Shown here one piece after another: positions 47,035 through 59,617 of a stretch of 64,000 nucleotides of DNA. The notes beneath the pieces were generated by a model. That model saw nothing but the letters and a program-made list of their open reading frames with translations. It was not told the DNA's origin and did not search any database. The position numbers were made by a program, and so were the translations under genes. The stretch is from an uncultured delta proteobacterium (GTDB lineage: Bacteria > Desulfobacterota > Desulfobaccia > Desulfobaccales > 0-14-0-80-60-11): positions 191,668 through 255,667 of the forward strand of contig CAWCOX010000006.1 of the NCBI GenBank assembly GCA_963797235.1, written 5' to 3'. The first letter of the stretch is position 1. Each line of letters begins with the position of its first letter.

Positions 47035-47838
47035 TTAAACTCCCCAGACCGCGATCTTGGCCCGATTGGCGGCGGTGAGCATCTGGTCGCGGTCGAAGGT
47101 GAGGGTTTTGTGGGCTTCGAGGGCCAGGACCGCGGCCTGGGCCTCGATCATGGATTGGATGGTGTCCAGGCCGACGGCGGGGACGTCGAAGCGCAGGTCC
47201 TGGTTGGGTTTGCTCGTTTTCACCACCACCGTGCCGGGTCCGGCCAGGGCGCCTGCCCGGCGGATGCAGGCGTCGGTGCCTTCGACGGCCTCCAGGGCCA
47301 CCACCACGTGATGGCGGACTACCACGGTCTGGCCGATGTCGAGGGCGCCGATCTCCTTGGCGATTTGGAAGCCGAAGTCGATGTCCTGCAGCTCTGCCTG
47401 GGTGGGGGAGCGTTTGCCCAGTTTGCCGGCGGGAGCCAGGAGGTCGTCCAGAAAGAGGGTGGAGGGGGCGATGCTGATGCCTTCGGACTCGAATTCGGCG
47501 GCCACCGCCTGGAGCAGGCGGTCGTCCTGACCGGCCCCGGCCCGGCGGACGACGCTCAAGGCGCGGAGGTCCGGGCGGAACTCCCGGAAGAGGCGGCCCC
47601 GGGTGATGCCCCCGGCCATCACGGCCCGCTGCACCCCGGCATCCTTAAAGATGCGGATCATCTTGCCCAACTGGCCGACGTAGATCCAGTGGATTTCGTC
47701 CACCAGGTCGGCTAAAGAAGGATCGGTCTCATAATGGTGCGCCACGGCGATGACCCGGGCCCCGTGGTCCCGGGCGGCCTGGGCGAAGAGCCGCGGAAAC
47801 TGGCCTTTACCCGCGATTAAGCCGATGTTCTCGGACAT
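47035..47838 (-). CDS. lpxI: UDP-2,3-diacylglucosamine diphosphatase LpxI
   Basis: IGLIAGKGQFP and DIGQTVVV...LEAVEGTDACIRR. Position downstream of lpxA. Confidence 0.8.
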   Translation of the reverse strand: MSENIGLIAGKGQFPRLFAQAARDHGARVIAVAHHYETDPSLADLVDEIHWIYVGQLGKMIRIFKDAGVQRAVMAGGITRGRLFREFRPDLRALSVVRRAGAGQDDRLLQAVAAEFESEGISIAPSTLFLDDLLAPAGKLGKRSPTQAELQDIDFGFQIAKEIGALDIGQTVVVRHHVVVALEAVEGTDACIRRAGALAGPGTVVVKTSKPNQDLRFDVPAVGLDTIQSMIEAQAAVLALEAHKTLTFDRDQMLTAANRAKIAVWGV

Positions 47839-48616
47839 CTGCCGGCAGCAGCCCCCGTTCCGAGGTCTCCAGGAAGTGCAGGAATTCCTGGACCTCCGGA
47901 TTTTCGGGGAATTCCTGGCGCACCTGGTCCATGGCCTCTTTCAGCTTGAGGTCGGAGAGGAACAGCAGTTCGTAGGCCCGTTTCAGGCCGTGCAGGGAGG
48001 AGTCGGTGAAGCCGGCCCGTTTCAGGCCCACCAGGTTGAGGCCGACGATCTTGGCCCGGTTGCCCACCGCCATGGCGTAGGGCGGCACGTCCCGGTGCAC
48101 CGCGGAGCAGCCGCCCACGAAGGCGTAGCGGCCGATGCGGCAAAACTGGTGCACCGCCGACAGGCCCCCCAGGTTGGCGTGGTCACCCACGGTGATGTGG
48201 CCCCCCAGGGTGGCGTTGTTGGACATGATGACGCCGTCGCCCACCCGGCAATCGTGGGCCACGTGGGTGTAGGCCAGGAAGAGGTTGCCCCGGCCCACGC
48301 TGGTGACGCCGCCGCCGCCGGCCGTGCCCCGGTGCATGGTGGCAAATTCCCGGATGGTGTTGTCGTCGCCGATGACCAGCCGGGTTTCTTCGCCCTTAAA
48401 CTTCAAGTCTTGGGGAACTTCCCCCAGAACGGCGAACTGAAAAATCTGGCAGCGGCTGCCGATGGTGGTGAAGTCCCGGATCACCACGTGGGGGCCGATG
48501 TGGGTGTCGGGTCCGATGGCGACCCGGCCCTCAATGATGCTGAACGGACCGACGGTGACCCCGTCGGCCAATTGCGCCGCCGGATCCACCAGGGCGGTGG
48601 GATGGATCGTGGCCAT
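47807..48616 (-). CDS. lpxA: acyl-ACP--UDP-N-acetylglucosamine O-acyltransferase
   Basis: IHPTALVDP start, hexapeptide repeats and MHRGT. Confidence 0.95.
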   Translation of the reverse strand: MATIHPTALVDPAAQLADGVTVGPFSIIEGRVAIGPDTHIGPHVVIRDFTTIGSRCQIFQFAVLGEVPQDLKFKGEETRLVIGDDNTIREFATMHRGTAGGGGVTSVGRGNLFLAYTHVAHDCRVGDGVIMSNNATLGGHITVGDHANLGGLSAVHQFCRIGRYAFVGGCSAVHRDVPPYAMAVGNRAKIVGLNLVGLKRAGFTDSSLHGLKRAYELLFLSDLKLKEAMDQVRQEFPENPEVQEFLHFLETSERGLLPADVREHRLNRG

Positions 48617-48618
48617 CC

Positions 48619-49077
48619 TCAGGCCTCTTCCTTGCTCACCGCGGCGATCATCTCCCCTTCCATCACCAGGGTATCGTTGACGTAAACCTTACCGCGCATC
48701 TTCCAATACTTTTTACCGGAGCGCAGAGTCTCCACCTCCAGCCGCATTTGATCACCCGGCACCACCGGCTGCCGGAAACGCACCTTGTCCAGACCCATGA
48801 GGTAAACGGAGGGACTGCCCATATTTTCCGGGGTGGACAGCAGGGCCAGGATGCCGCCCACCTGGGCCAGGGACTCCACAATGAGCACCCCGGGCATGAT
48901 GGGGCGTCCGGGAAAGTGCCCCTGGAAGAAGGGCTCGTTGATACTGACGTTCTTCAGGCCGACGATGCTTTTTCCCGGTTCCAGGGCGATGATCCGGTCC
49001 ACCAGGAGGAAGGGAAAGCGGTGCGGCAGGATGCGTTGAATCTCTTCCACGTTCAGGGGAAGCGGCGGCAGGCTCAT
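48619..49077 (-). CDS. fabZ: 3-hydroxyacyl-ACP dehydratase
   Basis: [13 protein letters not shown] and [16 protein letters not shown]. The start was chosen at MSLPPLPLN (ATG 49077). Confidence 0.95.
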   Translation of the reverse strand: MSLPPLPLNVEEIQRILPHRFPFLLVDRIIALEPGKSIVGLKNVSINEPFFQGHFPGRPIMPGVLIVESLAQVGGILALLSTPENMGSPSVYLMGLDKVRFRQPVVPGDQMRLEVETLRSGKKYWKMRGKVYVNDTLVMEGEMIAAVSKEEA

Positions 49078-50117
49078 GTTTCCGGCTCCTTGTCCAGCCC
49101 GGCGGCCAGTTCGGCCAGTTGTTTTTCCACGAGTTTCAATCTCCGATAGAGGTCCGGAAGTTTGGGGATATGGCCCATGCTCTTGAGCCAATCTTTATGG
49201 GAAAAGGCGGGGCTGCCGGAGACGTCCTGGCCGGCGGGCACGGAATGGTTGACCCCGGATTGGGCCCCCACCCGGACGCCGTCGCCCAGTTCGATGTGGC
49301 CCACCAGGCCCACCTGGCCGGCCAGGATCACCTTCCGGCCCAGTTTGGTGGAGCCGGACACCCCCACCTGAGCCACCAACAGGGAGTGCTCGCCCACCGT
49401 GACATTGTGGGCCAGGTGCACCAGGTTGTCAATCTTGACCCCCCGGCCGATCCGGGTTTCTCCCAGGGCGCCCCGGTCAATGGCGCAGTTGGCCCCGATC
49501 TCCACTTCGTCTTCGATGACCACCGTACCCAGCTGGGGGATCTTCTCATTGCCGGCCGGGGTGGGGACAAAGCCGAAGCCGTCGGAGCCGATGACCGTGC
49601 CGCTGTGGATGAGGCAACGCCGGCCCACCTGGCAGCGCTCCAGGATGGTGACGTTGGGATAGATCAGGGTGCCGGCCCCGAGGTGCACCTCATCACCCAG
49701 ATAGCAGCCGGGCATGACGGTAACTCCGTCATCCAGGCGCACCCGGTCGCCGATGAAGACCAGGGGAGCGATGGAGACCTCCCGGCCCAGCTTCAGGTCC
49801 CGGCCCAGGGAGGCTTGGTCGCTGATGCCGGCCCAGCGCCGTGGGGCCGGGGCAAAGAGAGCCGCCACCCGGGCATAGGCCAGATAGGGGTGGGGCACGA
49901 TGATCAGGGGCCGGGGCAGGTCAGCCAGGTCCGGGGCCACGATGAAGGCCCCGGCCCGGCTGCTGCTCACCAATCGGGCATAGCGCCTTTGGGCGATAAA
50001 GGTAATTTCCCGGGGACCGGCGCCTTCAACCGCAGCGATACCCTCGAGCTCCAGGTCAGGGGGGCCTTTTACTTCCCCTTGCAGCAGGGCCGCCAGTTCT
50101 CCCAGGGTGCGTTTCAT
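49074..50117 (-). CDS. lpxD: UDP-3-O-acylglucosamine N-acyltransferase
   Basis: N-terminal LpxD domain, hexapeptide repeats and a C-terminal helix. Confidence 0.95.
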   Translation of the reverse strand: MKRTLGELAALLQGEVKGPPDLELEGIAAVEGAGPREITFIAQRRYARLVSSSRAGAFIVAPDLADLPRPLIIVPHPYLAYARVAALFAPAPRRWAGISDQASLGRDLKLGREVSIAPLVFIGDRVRLDDGVTVMPGCYLGDEVHLGAGTLIYPNVTILERCQVGRRCLIHSGTVIGSDGFGFVPTPAGNEKIPQLGTVVIEDEVEIGANCAIDRGALGETRIGRGVKIDNLVHLAHNVTVGEHSLLVAQVGVSGSTKLGRKVILAGQVGLVGHIELGDGVRVGAQSGVNHSVPAGQDVSGSPAFSHKDWLKSMGHIPKLPDLYRRLKLVEKQLAELAAGLDKEPET

Positions 50118-50125
50118 GCCATCAT

Positions 50126-50635
50126 TTAATGACCGAATGCGGCTTGCACTTTGTCATTGACGTCCAAGGCTTTATTGCCCAGATATAAAACCATCCTCTT
50201 ATCCAGAATCAGATCCAGCTTTTCATTCTTGGCAACCTGTTCCATGGCGCTATCCATCTTCTTGGACAGCGGGGCCAGCTGACTTTGCTTGAACAGGTTT
50301 AGCTGTTTTTCGGCGTCGGCCGCCTGCTTTTCAAACTCCTGGGCCTTCTTTTCCAACTCCTGGCCCTTGGTCTTCCTGGCGTCTTCCTTCATCATGCTGG
50401 CCTGCTTTTGGAATTCCTCCATTTGCCGGCCGATATCCTGCCGTTTGGTACTCAGGGGCTTGCCCAGTTCCTCGGCCTTCTTCTTGATGGAATCCTGGAC
50501 CGATTTGCCGGCGGGGGAGTTCATCAGGATGCTATCGGGATCGGCTACCCCGATTTTAAGCTCAGCGGCCACGGCCGCCAACGGGCCGAACATCAGGGTC
50601 ATGGCTAATAAGGCGCTAACAACTAATTTAAGCAT
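50126..50635 (-). CDS. skp: OmpH/Skp family periplasmic chaperone
   Basis: Signal peptide and a Lys/Glu-rich coiled region. Located between bamA and lpxD. Confidence 0.85.
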   Translation of the reverse strand: MLKLVVSALLAMTLMFGPLAAVAAELKIGVADPDSILMNSPAGKSVQDSIKKKAEELGKPLSTKRQDIGRQMEEFQKQASMMKEDARKTKGQELEKKAQEFEKQAADAEKQLNLFKQSQLAPLSKKMDSAMEQVAKNEKLDLILDKRMVLYLGNKALDVNDKVQAAFGH

Positions 50636-50776
50636 TTAAACCTCCTGACGGTTCAATTAAATTTATCCCTGGCGGAGGTCTAAAGACTCGCCGCCGGAAG
50701 TAATTCCTAAAATGGAGTCGGTTTTGCCGGGACTTTTCCCATTCCCCTTTGGGGGAGTTACCTGGCCCTGTAGTGT

Positions 50777-50811
50777 AACCGAAAACCGCAGACAAAGAAC
50801 TGAAAACTGCC
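50777..50811. repeat. tandem heptamer array x5
   Basis: AACCGAA AACCGCA GACAAAG AACTGAA AACTGCC, in the bamA-skp spacer. Confidence 0.7.
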
Positions 50812-50868
50812 ATTCTTCGTCCCGGCCTCGCTCCCGGAGCTTTACCCGAAGGCCTGCCTCCGGCTTTC

Positions 50869-53527
50869 CTAGAACGAGCCGCCCATGGTGAATTCCCAGA
50901 CGCTCTTTTTCTCACCGTTCTTGTGGGTTAGATTGTAGCCCCATTCCACCCGCAAGGGACCCATGGGCGAAAACCAGCGCAACCCGGTACCCACCGTGGG
51001 CCGCAAAAATGGCTCCGCCATCCCTTGGCCGTAAACATTGCCGGCGTCGAAAAAGAGCGTGCCCATCAGACCCAGCTTCTTATAGACCGGGAAACGGATC
51101 TCTTGGTTCAACTGGATAAACTTGTCGCCGCCGATACGCTCGTTGGTGGACGGATCACGGGGACTGATATCAGCATATTTAAAGCCGCGGATGGTGTCAA
51201 TGCCACCCAGGTAGAACTTTTCATAGACGGGCAACGCACCCAAGCCGGGCAGATTTTGCATATAGCCCACCCGGCCGTGGAGCACACCCACCAGGTTCCA
51301 TTTCAAGGGAATGTACCAGCCCGACTCGGCGATATACCTCATAAAGGCGACATCGCCGCCGATGCCGGCCATTTCCGTGGAAATACTGTTGTCCGAGCCG
51401 TGGGTGGGGGCGAACAGGGAGTCCCGGGAGTCCCGCCGAAAGGTAAAGGAGGTGGCGCTGGTATTATGGAGCTTGGAGGCCTCGACGATGGACGGAGCGG
51501 GGTTGACGGCCAGGTTTGTGAGCTTCACATATTCGTAGCGGTACATCCAAAAAAGGCGGGTATATTGCCACTTCATCGGATGACTCAGGCGCAAGTCCCC
51601 ACCGGCGCTTATCCGGGTATATTCATCATAGGCCCGCTCCCAGTTAAAGGCGTCGACGCCGGCGCTCAAGGGTCGGTCGAAGAGATACGGTTCGGTGAAG
51701 GAGGCGCGGTAGCGGTGGGAAATGGAACCGATGATCCCCTGGATCTTGACCTGCTGGCCCCGGCCGAACAGGTTATTCTGGCTGACTTCCACCATGCCCA
51801 CCAGGCGGTCCTGGGTGCTGTAACCGGCGCCGACCCCGAAGGTCCCGGTGGGCCGCTCCTTCACGGTGATCTTCAGATTCATGCGGTCGGGGGCCGACCC
51901 TGGCGTGGTGCTGAAGTTGACGTCTTCAAAATACTCCAGGCGCCGCAGGTTTTTAATGCTCTCCTTGAGTTTGGTGGCGGAGAAAAGTTCCTGTTCATAC
52001 ACCCGCAGTTCCCGCCGGATCACCTTATCCCGGGTCTTGACATTGCCGGCGATGTCGATGCGTTCGTAATAGACCTTATTGCCTTGATGGATGTCGAAGG
52101 TCACATCCACCTTGAGGGTCTGATCATTTTCCTTGATCAGCGGGGCGATATCGGCGTTGGCATAGCCCTTGTCGGCGTACAGGTCGGACAGGGTGGTCAG
52201 GTCCGCCTGCAACTCCTCCCGGCTGTAAATTTTGCTCTTGGAAATTGCGAGCTTTTCCAGAAGCTTTTCTTTGTCCTCCATGAGATCCCCCTGGAAGTCG
52301 ATCTTGCCGACCAGGTATTGGGGGCCTTCCTGGATGGCAATGGTGATATAGATGTATTTCCCTTTGATGTCTACCTTGGGTTCGGCCACTTTGGCCTTGA
52401 TGTAGCCGTGGTTGTAATAGAAGGCCGCCAGCTTTTCACTGTCCCGTTCCAGGACGTCCTTGGTTAATTTTCCGGACCCGGTGATCCAGTTGATCGCAAA
52501 GAACCAGGACTTTTCTTTGGTCTCCATCACGTCCCGAAGTTCCTTGGCCTTGAAGTGCTCATTGCCTTCAAAGTTGATCTCCTTGACGATCATCTTGCCG
52601 CCTTCGTCTATCTTCAGCACCAAATTGACTTCGGTATTGGTCACGGGGATCAGTTCATAAGCTGATGTGGACCTCGTAGAAACCCTTCTCCCGGTACATG
52701 CTCTGGATTTTGTTGATGTTTTCCCGGATAGCGCCCTCCGAGGCCACCGAAAAGGGCTTGATGTCCATGACTTCCAGGATCTTGTCATGCTTCACCTTAT
52801 GGTTGCCCTTGGTGATGATCTCTTTAATGGCGGGCTTTTCCTTCACCAGGACCGTGAGCACCAGGCCTTCCGGGGTATCGCTGACGTCCATCTTGACGTC
52901 GGTGAAGTAGCCCATCTTATAGACGGCTTTTAAATCCTCCCGCAGGCGGGCCGGGTTGACGGTCTCGCCTTCCCTGGTCTGCATGACCCCCAGGATGGCG
53001 TCTTTTTCGATGCGGCGGTTGCCTTTGACGTTGAGATGGGCCACCTTCTCTTTGCCGAGGATCTTCAGGCTCAACTCCTGGGCCAGCTGTTTGCTCAGGC
53101 CGGGGAGGGCCTTAAGCCCGGTCCCTTGGGCCTTCAAGGTTTGCAAAGGCAGCCGGCTGCTCAGATCCACCAGACGGCCTTCCAGGGACAGGACGTCGCC
53201 CACCTTGACCAGGGTGCCGTAGATGACGATATCGGCCCCCGTCTTTCTGCCGATCTCCTTGGCCGCGGCGTCATCCAGCGGTTCCTTCCGGCCGGCCAGC
53301 GCCTTGACCAGGTCGGCCTGGGACACCAGGGAAAAGCCGTCGGATTTGAGGCGTTCCTCAATATCCTGCCGCACTTTGTCTCCCAGGGTTTCCAAGGGTT
53401 CCCGGCTGGCCACGGTAAAGGGAACGACCGCCACCTTCTTGAGGACCACCTCTTCTTCCTGCGCCAGGGCTGTGTGGGGCAGAGACATTACCACCAGAAG
53501 GACTAAAAGTATGAGCCGTCGTAACAC
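50869..53527 (-). pseudogene. bamA: outer membrane protein assembly factor BamA, apparent frameshift
   Basis: POTRA repeats and a C-terminal barrel ending WEFTMGGSF. ORFs 52655-53527 and 50869-52788 join as ...GFYEVHIS/YELIPVTNTEV. The slip is at 52659-52660. Confidence 0.9.
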
Positions 53528-53528
53528 C

Positions 53529-54239
53529 TTATTCTCCCTGCATAACCACGGCCTTGCCGTCCATCAGGGTTATGCGTCGGTCCAGGGCTTGGGCCAACTC
53601 CAGGTTATGAGTGACGATCACCGAAGTGAGCCCCCGCTCTCGATTGAGTTCCAAAATGAGTTCCTGCACCCGGGCGCCGCTCTTGGGGTCCAGGTTGCCG
53701 GTGGGTTCGTCCGCCAGCAGGACTTCCGGGTCCAGGACCAGGGCCCGGGCCACCGCCACCCGCTGCTGCTCGCCGCCGGACAGGGTGGTGACCCGGTGCG
53801 TCAGGCGCTCCTTCAGACCGACCCGCACCAGGATGGCTTCGGCCTTCTCCCGGGCCGCCCCTTGGGGCTGCCGGGCAATGAGGGCCGGCATCATGACGTT
53901 TTCCAGGGCATTGAACTCGGACAGCAGGTGATGAAACTGGAAGACAAAACCCACCTTGCGATTCCGAAAGGCCGCCAAAGGCTTATCCTCCATGGCGAAG
54001 ATATCCAGTCCTTCCCACAGAACCTGTCCGCGGCTGGGCCGCTCCAGGGTTCCCAGGATATGGAGGAGGGTGGATTTGCCCACCCCTGAGGCCCCGACCA
54101 CCGCCAGGGTCTCTCCCTGAAATACGTCCAGGTCTATCCCGGTGAGCACCGGCACCTGGATGCCGTTGTTCTTAAAGGTTTTGGCCAGTCCCCTGATCTT
54201 AATCTTCACCGGGGTCTCAGGTCCGCTGCGTTCTGCCAT
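53529..54239 (-). CDS. lolD: lipoprotein-releasing ABC transporter ATP-binding protein
   Basis: GASGVGKSTL, LSGGEQQRVAVARAL and LLADEPTGNLD. Confidence 0.9.
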   Translation of the reverse strand: MAERSGPETPVKIKIRGLAKTFKNNGIQVPVLTGIDLDVFQGETLAVVGASGVGKSTLLHILGTLERPSRGQVLWEGLDIFAMEDKPLAAFRNRKVGFVFQFHHLLSEFNALENVMMPALIARQPQGAAREKAEAILVRVGLKERLTHRVTTLSGGEQQRVAVARALVLDPEVLLADEPTGNLDPKSGARVQELILELNRERGLTSVIVTHNLELAQALDRRITLMDGKAVVMQGE

Positions 54240-54307
54240 GTCCGCCCATTACCGCGCTAAGCACCTTACCACTTTTCATACGGGTGCGTCAATGCCGCGG
54301 AGTCTTA

Positions 54308-54342
54308 AGTTTCGAGTTTCGAGTTTTGACTTTTCAGTTTGG
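54308..54342. repeat. tandem heptamer array x5
   Basis: AGTTTCG AGTTTCG AGTTTTG ACTTTTC AGTTTGG, in the lolC-lolD spacer. Confidence 0.85.
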
Positions 54343-54386
54343 TTGACGGCCCAACCCTGCACCAACTGCAAAACCGCTGATCGTGC

Positions 54387-54410
54387 AACTGACTAGGCCT
54401 GGCTACTACT
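54387..54410. repeat. degenerate ACTGACT-family array
   Basis: AACTGAC TAGGCCT GGCTACT ACT, overlapping the lolC stop. Confidence 0.45.
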
Positions 54411-55641
54411 CATAACGAATCGCTTCCACCGGGTCCATCCGCGCCGCCTGCCAGGAGGGGTAAAGGGTGGCCAGAAAGCTGATGGCCATGGCGGCCAGGA
54501 CGATGGACAACACGTCCAGGGGCTGAATCAGCACCGGCAAGGTGGAGATGGGATAGACGTCTTTGGGCAAGTGGATGAATTCATAGCGTTTCAGCAGGCC
54601 GCAGAGCGCCAGGCCCAGGATCAGGCCCAGGCCGGTGCCCAGGCCCCCGATGACCAGGCCGTTCAGCATGAAGATCTTCATGATCGACTGGCGGGTGGCG
54701 CCCATGGACTTGAGGATGGCGATATCCCGGGTCTTTTTCATCACCATCATGAACAGGGTGCTGGCGATCCCGAAGGCGGCCACCAGGACGATGAGGGTGA
54801 GGATGACGAACATGGTGACCTTTTCCAGCTTCAGGGCCGCGAAGAGGCTGGCATTCATCTGGATCCAGTTCTTGGTGTAGAAGCCGGGCCCCAATTTTTT
54901 CAGAATTTCCTGGGATATCTGAGGCGCGGCGTAAATATCCTTGATCTCCACCTCCAGGCCGGTGATGCGGCTCCCCAGCCCCAGGAATTCCTGGAGTGCC
55001 GGGATGCTGGTGAAGACCAGGGAGTTATCGAATTCGTACATGCCGGAGTGGAAGATGGCGCTCACGCGGAAGGCCTTCATCCGGGGCATGCGTCCCATGG
55101 GAGTGAGGGTTCCCAGGGGCGAGATGATGTTCAGATAATCTCCCACGCTGAGATTGAGGTTGCGGGCCATCTCGTTGCCGATGGCGATGCGGGGCGGGTC
55201 TTCTGGCGAGCCCTCCGCCAGGTCGGCGAACCGCCCTTGCAGTATCTTCAGGGTCGCGGGGCCGCCCCGGCGGATGATTTCCGGGTCGAGCCCCCGGATC
55301 ACCCCGCCCGAGACGTTGCCCGGCGCCGAGAACATCACCTGGGTGTAGATAAAAGGGGTGGCGGAGACCACGCCGGGGATCGCCTTGATCTCGGCCTCTT
55401 CCTTCTGGTAGGCAGTGAGGGCGCCGCCGGCCTTCAGGGCCAGGACATGGGCATTGACGCTGAGGATCTTGTCCTTCAACTCCTGGGTGAAACCGGTCAT
55501 CACCCCGATGACGATGATCAGGGCCATGACCCCCACGGCCACCCCGGCGGTGGAGATGAAGGTGCTGAGCGACAGGAAGCCTTTCTGACGTTTGACTCCC
55601 CGCAGCAGGCGCAGGGCCACGAAGGTTTCAAAAAAACCCAA
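54406..55641 (-). CDS. lipoprotein-releasing ABC transporter permease (LolC/E family)
   Basis: MacB/FtsX-type topology. ILKSMGA motif. Adjacent to lolD. Confidence 0.9.
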   Translation of the reverse strand: MGFFETFVALRLLRGVKRQKGFLSLSTFISTAGVAVGVMALIIVIGVMTGFTQELKDKILSVNAHVLALKAGGALTAYQKEEAEIKAIPGVVSATPFIYTQVMFSAPGNVSGGVIRGLDPEIIRRGGPATLKILQGRFADLAEGSPEDPPRIAIGNEMARNLNLSVGDYLNIISPLGTLTPMGRMPRMKAFRVSAIFHSGMYEFDNSLVFTSIPALQEFLGLGSRITGLEVEIKDIYAAPQISQEILKKLGPGFYTKNWIQMNASLFAALKLEKVTMFVILTLIVLVAAFGIASTLFMMVMKKTRDIAILKSMGATRQSIMKIFMLNGLVIGGLGTGLGLILGLALCGLLKRYEFIHLPKDVYPISTLPVLIQPLDVLSIVLAAMAISFLATLYPSWQAARMDPVEAIRYE

Positions 55642-55643
55642 GA

Positions 55644-57139
<1,496 letters not shown>

Positions 57140-57234
57140 TTTTTAGCCTGTTCCAAGGGAGAAGATGGACTCGCGCCGAGTTTGCTCAAACTTCAAATTT
57201 TTAGATTATTCCGCCGCCATAGTCAAGCCTTAAT

Positions 57235-57269
57235 GGACCGGGGACGGGAGACGGAGGACCGGGGAGCAG
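57235..57269. repeat. tandem heptamer array x5
   Basis: GGACCGG GGACGGG AGACGGA GGACCGG GGAGCAG, upstream of lysS. Confidence 0.75.
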
Positions 57270-57496
57270 AGCGAAGTTTGGTGATCCGGGCCTCCGCGCC
57301 CGCCGCCGGCCTCAATCTTTAGACTTAGAGGGCTGCCGCTTCGTTAAAATCATAAAATCGACGGGTCGGGGCTTATTGGACGGAAGCAGGCATTGGTGGC
57401 AGGGGCTTCCAGTCTGTGCCTGGACGACCGGTGGGCGCTGCTGTAACTGCGGCAAAAAAACCGGCGGATTAGGCTGAGGAAAATATTGCGTTATGC

Positions 57497-57525
57497 TTGA
57501 CGTAACGAATAAAGTTGAATAAAAT
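57497..57525 (+). promoter_or_regulatory. candidate sigma-70 promoter of higBA (possibly a leaderless transcript)
   Basis: TTGACG-17 nt-TAAAAT. The -10 ends 5 nt before ATG 57531 and there is no SD. Inverted repeat CGTTA...TAACG flanks the -35. Confidence 0.5.
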
Positions 57526-57530
57526 AGATC

Positions 57531-57698
57531 ATGATCGTCAGTTTCAGAGACAAGCGAACCCGTGAATTCGCCGAAGCGCTTAAGGGGACGCGCCAGGGCC
57601 AATACAGTATACGCCTCAATGACCGCTGGCGGATTTGCTTCGCCTGGCCAAAAGGCTCTCCGGGGCCGGTCAATGTTGAGATTGTCGATTACCATTGA
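57531..57698 (+). pseudogene. higB: HigB-like (RelE/ParE superfamily) toxin with an internal in-frame deletion
   Basis: Own translation: MIVSFRDKRTREFAEALKGTRQGQYSIRLNDRWRICFAWPKGSPGPVNVEIVDYH (55 aa). The N-terminal and C-terminal family signatures are present, but the central ~35 aa of the ~92-aa family are missing. Confidence 0.6.
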
Positions 57699-57708
57699 GA
57701 GGTGCATT

Positions 57709-58035
57709 ATGGCACGCACAGCCATCCATCCCGGCGAGCATCTCGCCGAACAACTCGAAGCGCTGGGCATGAGCGCCGCGGAATTGGCGCGCCAGTTAAG
57801 GGTGCCAACCAACCGCATCACGCAAATCCTCAAGGGCCAGCGCGCCGTAACCGGCGACACGGCCCTGCGCCTGGGGCATTTCTTCGGAACGAGCCCGGAA
57901 TTCTGGCTGAATCTCCAGAAAATCTACGAGCTCCGCCAGGCCGAAAAGCAGACCGGAGAAACCATCAAGGACTTGCCGACCCTCGCCACGGCGACGAAAA
58001 AACCGGGTGCTGCTGCCCTGCCGCACCCCCATTAA
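57709..58035 (+). CDS. higA: HigA family antitoxin (XRE-type HTH)
   Basis: IHPGEHLAEQLEALGMSAAELARQLRVPTNRITQILKGQRAVTGDTALRLGHFFGTSPEFWLNLQ. Confidence 0.85.
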   Translation: MARTAIHPGEHLAEQLEALGMSAAELARQLRVPTNRITQILKGQRAVTGDTALRLGHFFGTSPEFWLNLQKIYELRQAEKQTGETIKDLPTLATATKKPGAAALPHPH

Positions 58036-58167
58036 ATGGAAAAATTATCCTTTCCTAGTTTTTTCGGATATTTGTCTTTACCCCCGGCGGGTCATTTTAT
58101 GATAGAATTTCTGGGTGACTAGATAGTTGTGGCTATTAATTTTTTCTGGTAAAATCCGCTCGCTTAG

Positions 58168-58605
58168 ATGTTTTTTCTGAAAACCTTTAATCTGGAAATG
58201 CAGACCACGGCGGGGACCGATATTTTGGACCTCACCGGGCCGGTTCAGGAACGGGTGCAGCAAACCGGGGTGACCGCCGGTTTATTGACCCTGTTCATCC
58301 CCGGCTCCACCGCGGCCTTGACCACCATCGAATATGAGAGCGGTGCAGTGCACGACTTAAAGGCCGCCGTCGAGCGGCTTTTTCCCCAAGACCTGGACTA
58401 CGCCCACGACCGCCGCTGGGGGGATGGCAACGGCTATGCGCACGTCCGGGCGGCCTTCCTCAAGCCGTCACTCAGCCTCCCCATCGACCAGGGACGGCTC
58501 CAGTTGGGAACCTGGCAGCAGATCGTGCTGCTGGATTTCGACAACCGTCCCCGGCAGCGCCAGATCCGGGGCCAGGTCCTGGGATTCACGCCAGCCAACG
58601 GATAA
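58168..58605 (+). CDS. yjbQ: YjbQ/UPF0047 family protein (secondary thiamine-phosphate synthase)
   Basis: DITGPVQ, PGSTAALTTIEYESG and NGYAHVRAAFL...QQIVLLDFD. Confidence 0.8.
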   Translation: MFFLKTFNLEMQTTAGTDILDLTGPVQERVQQTGVTAGLLTLFIPGSTAALTTIEYESGAVHDLKAAVERLFPQDLDYAHDRRWGDGNGYAHVRAAFLKPSLSLPIDQGRLQLGTWQQIVLLDFDNRPRQRQIRGQVLGFTPANG

Positions 58606-58630
58606 AGCTCACCTTACCTAAACTCCCACC

Positions 58631-59606
<976 letters not shown>

Positions 59607-59617
<11 letters not shown>

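Noticed and set aside
57312-57860. 182-aa minus-strand ORF
   Set aside because: It is antisense to higB/higA, which have clear family signatures and a promoter. No motifs.
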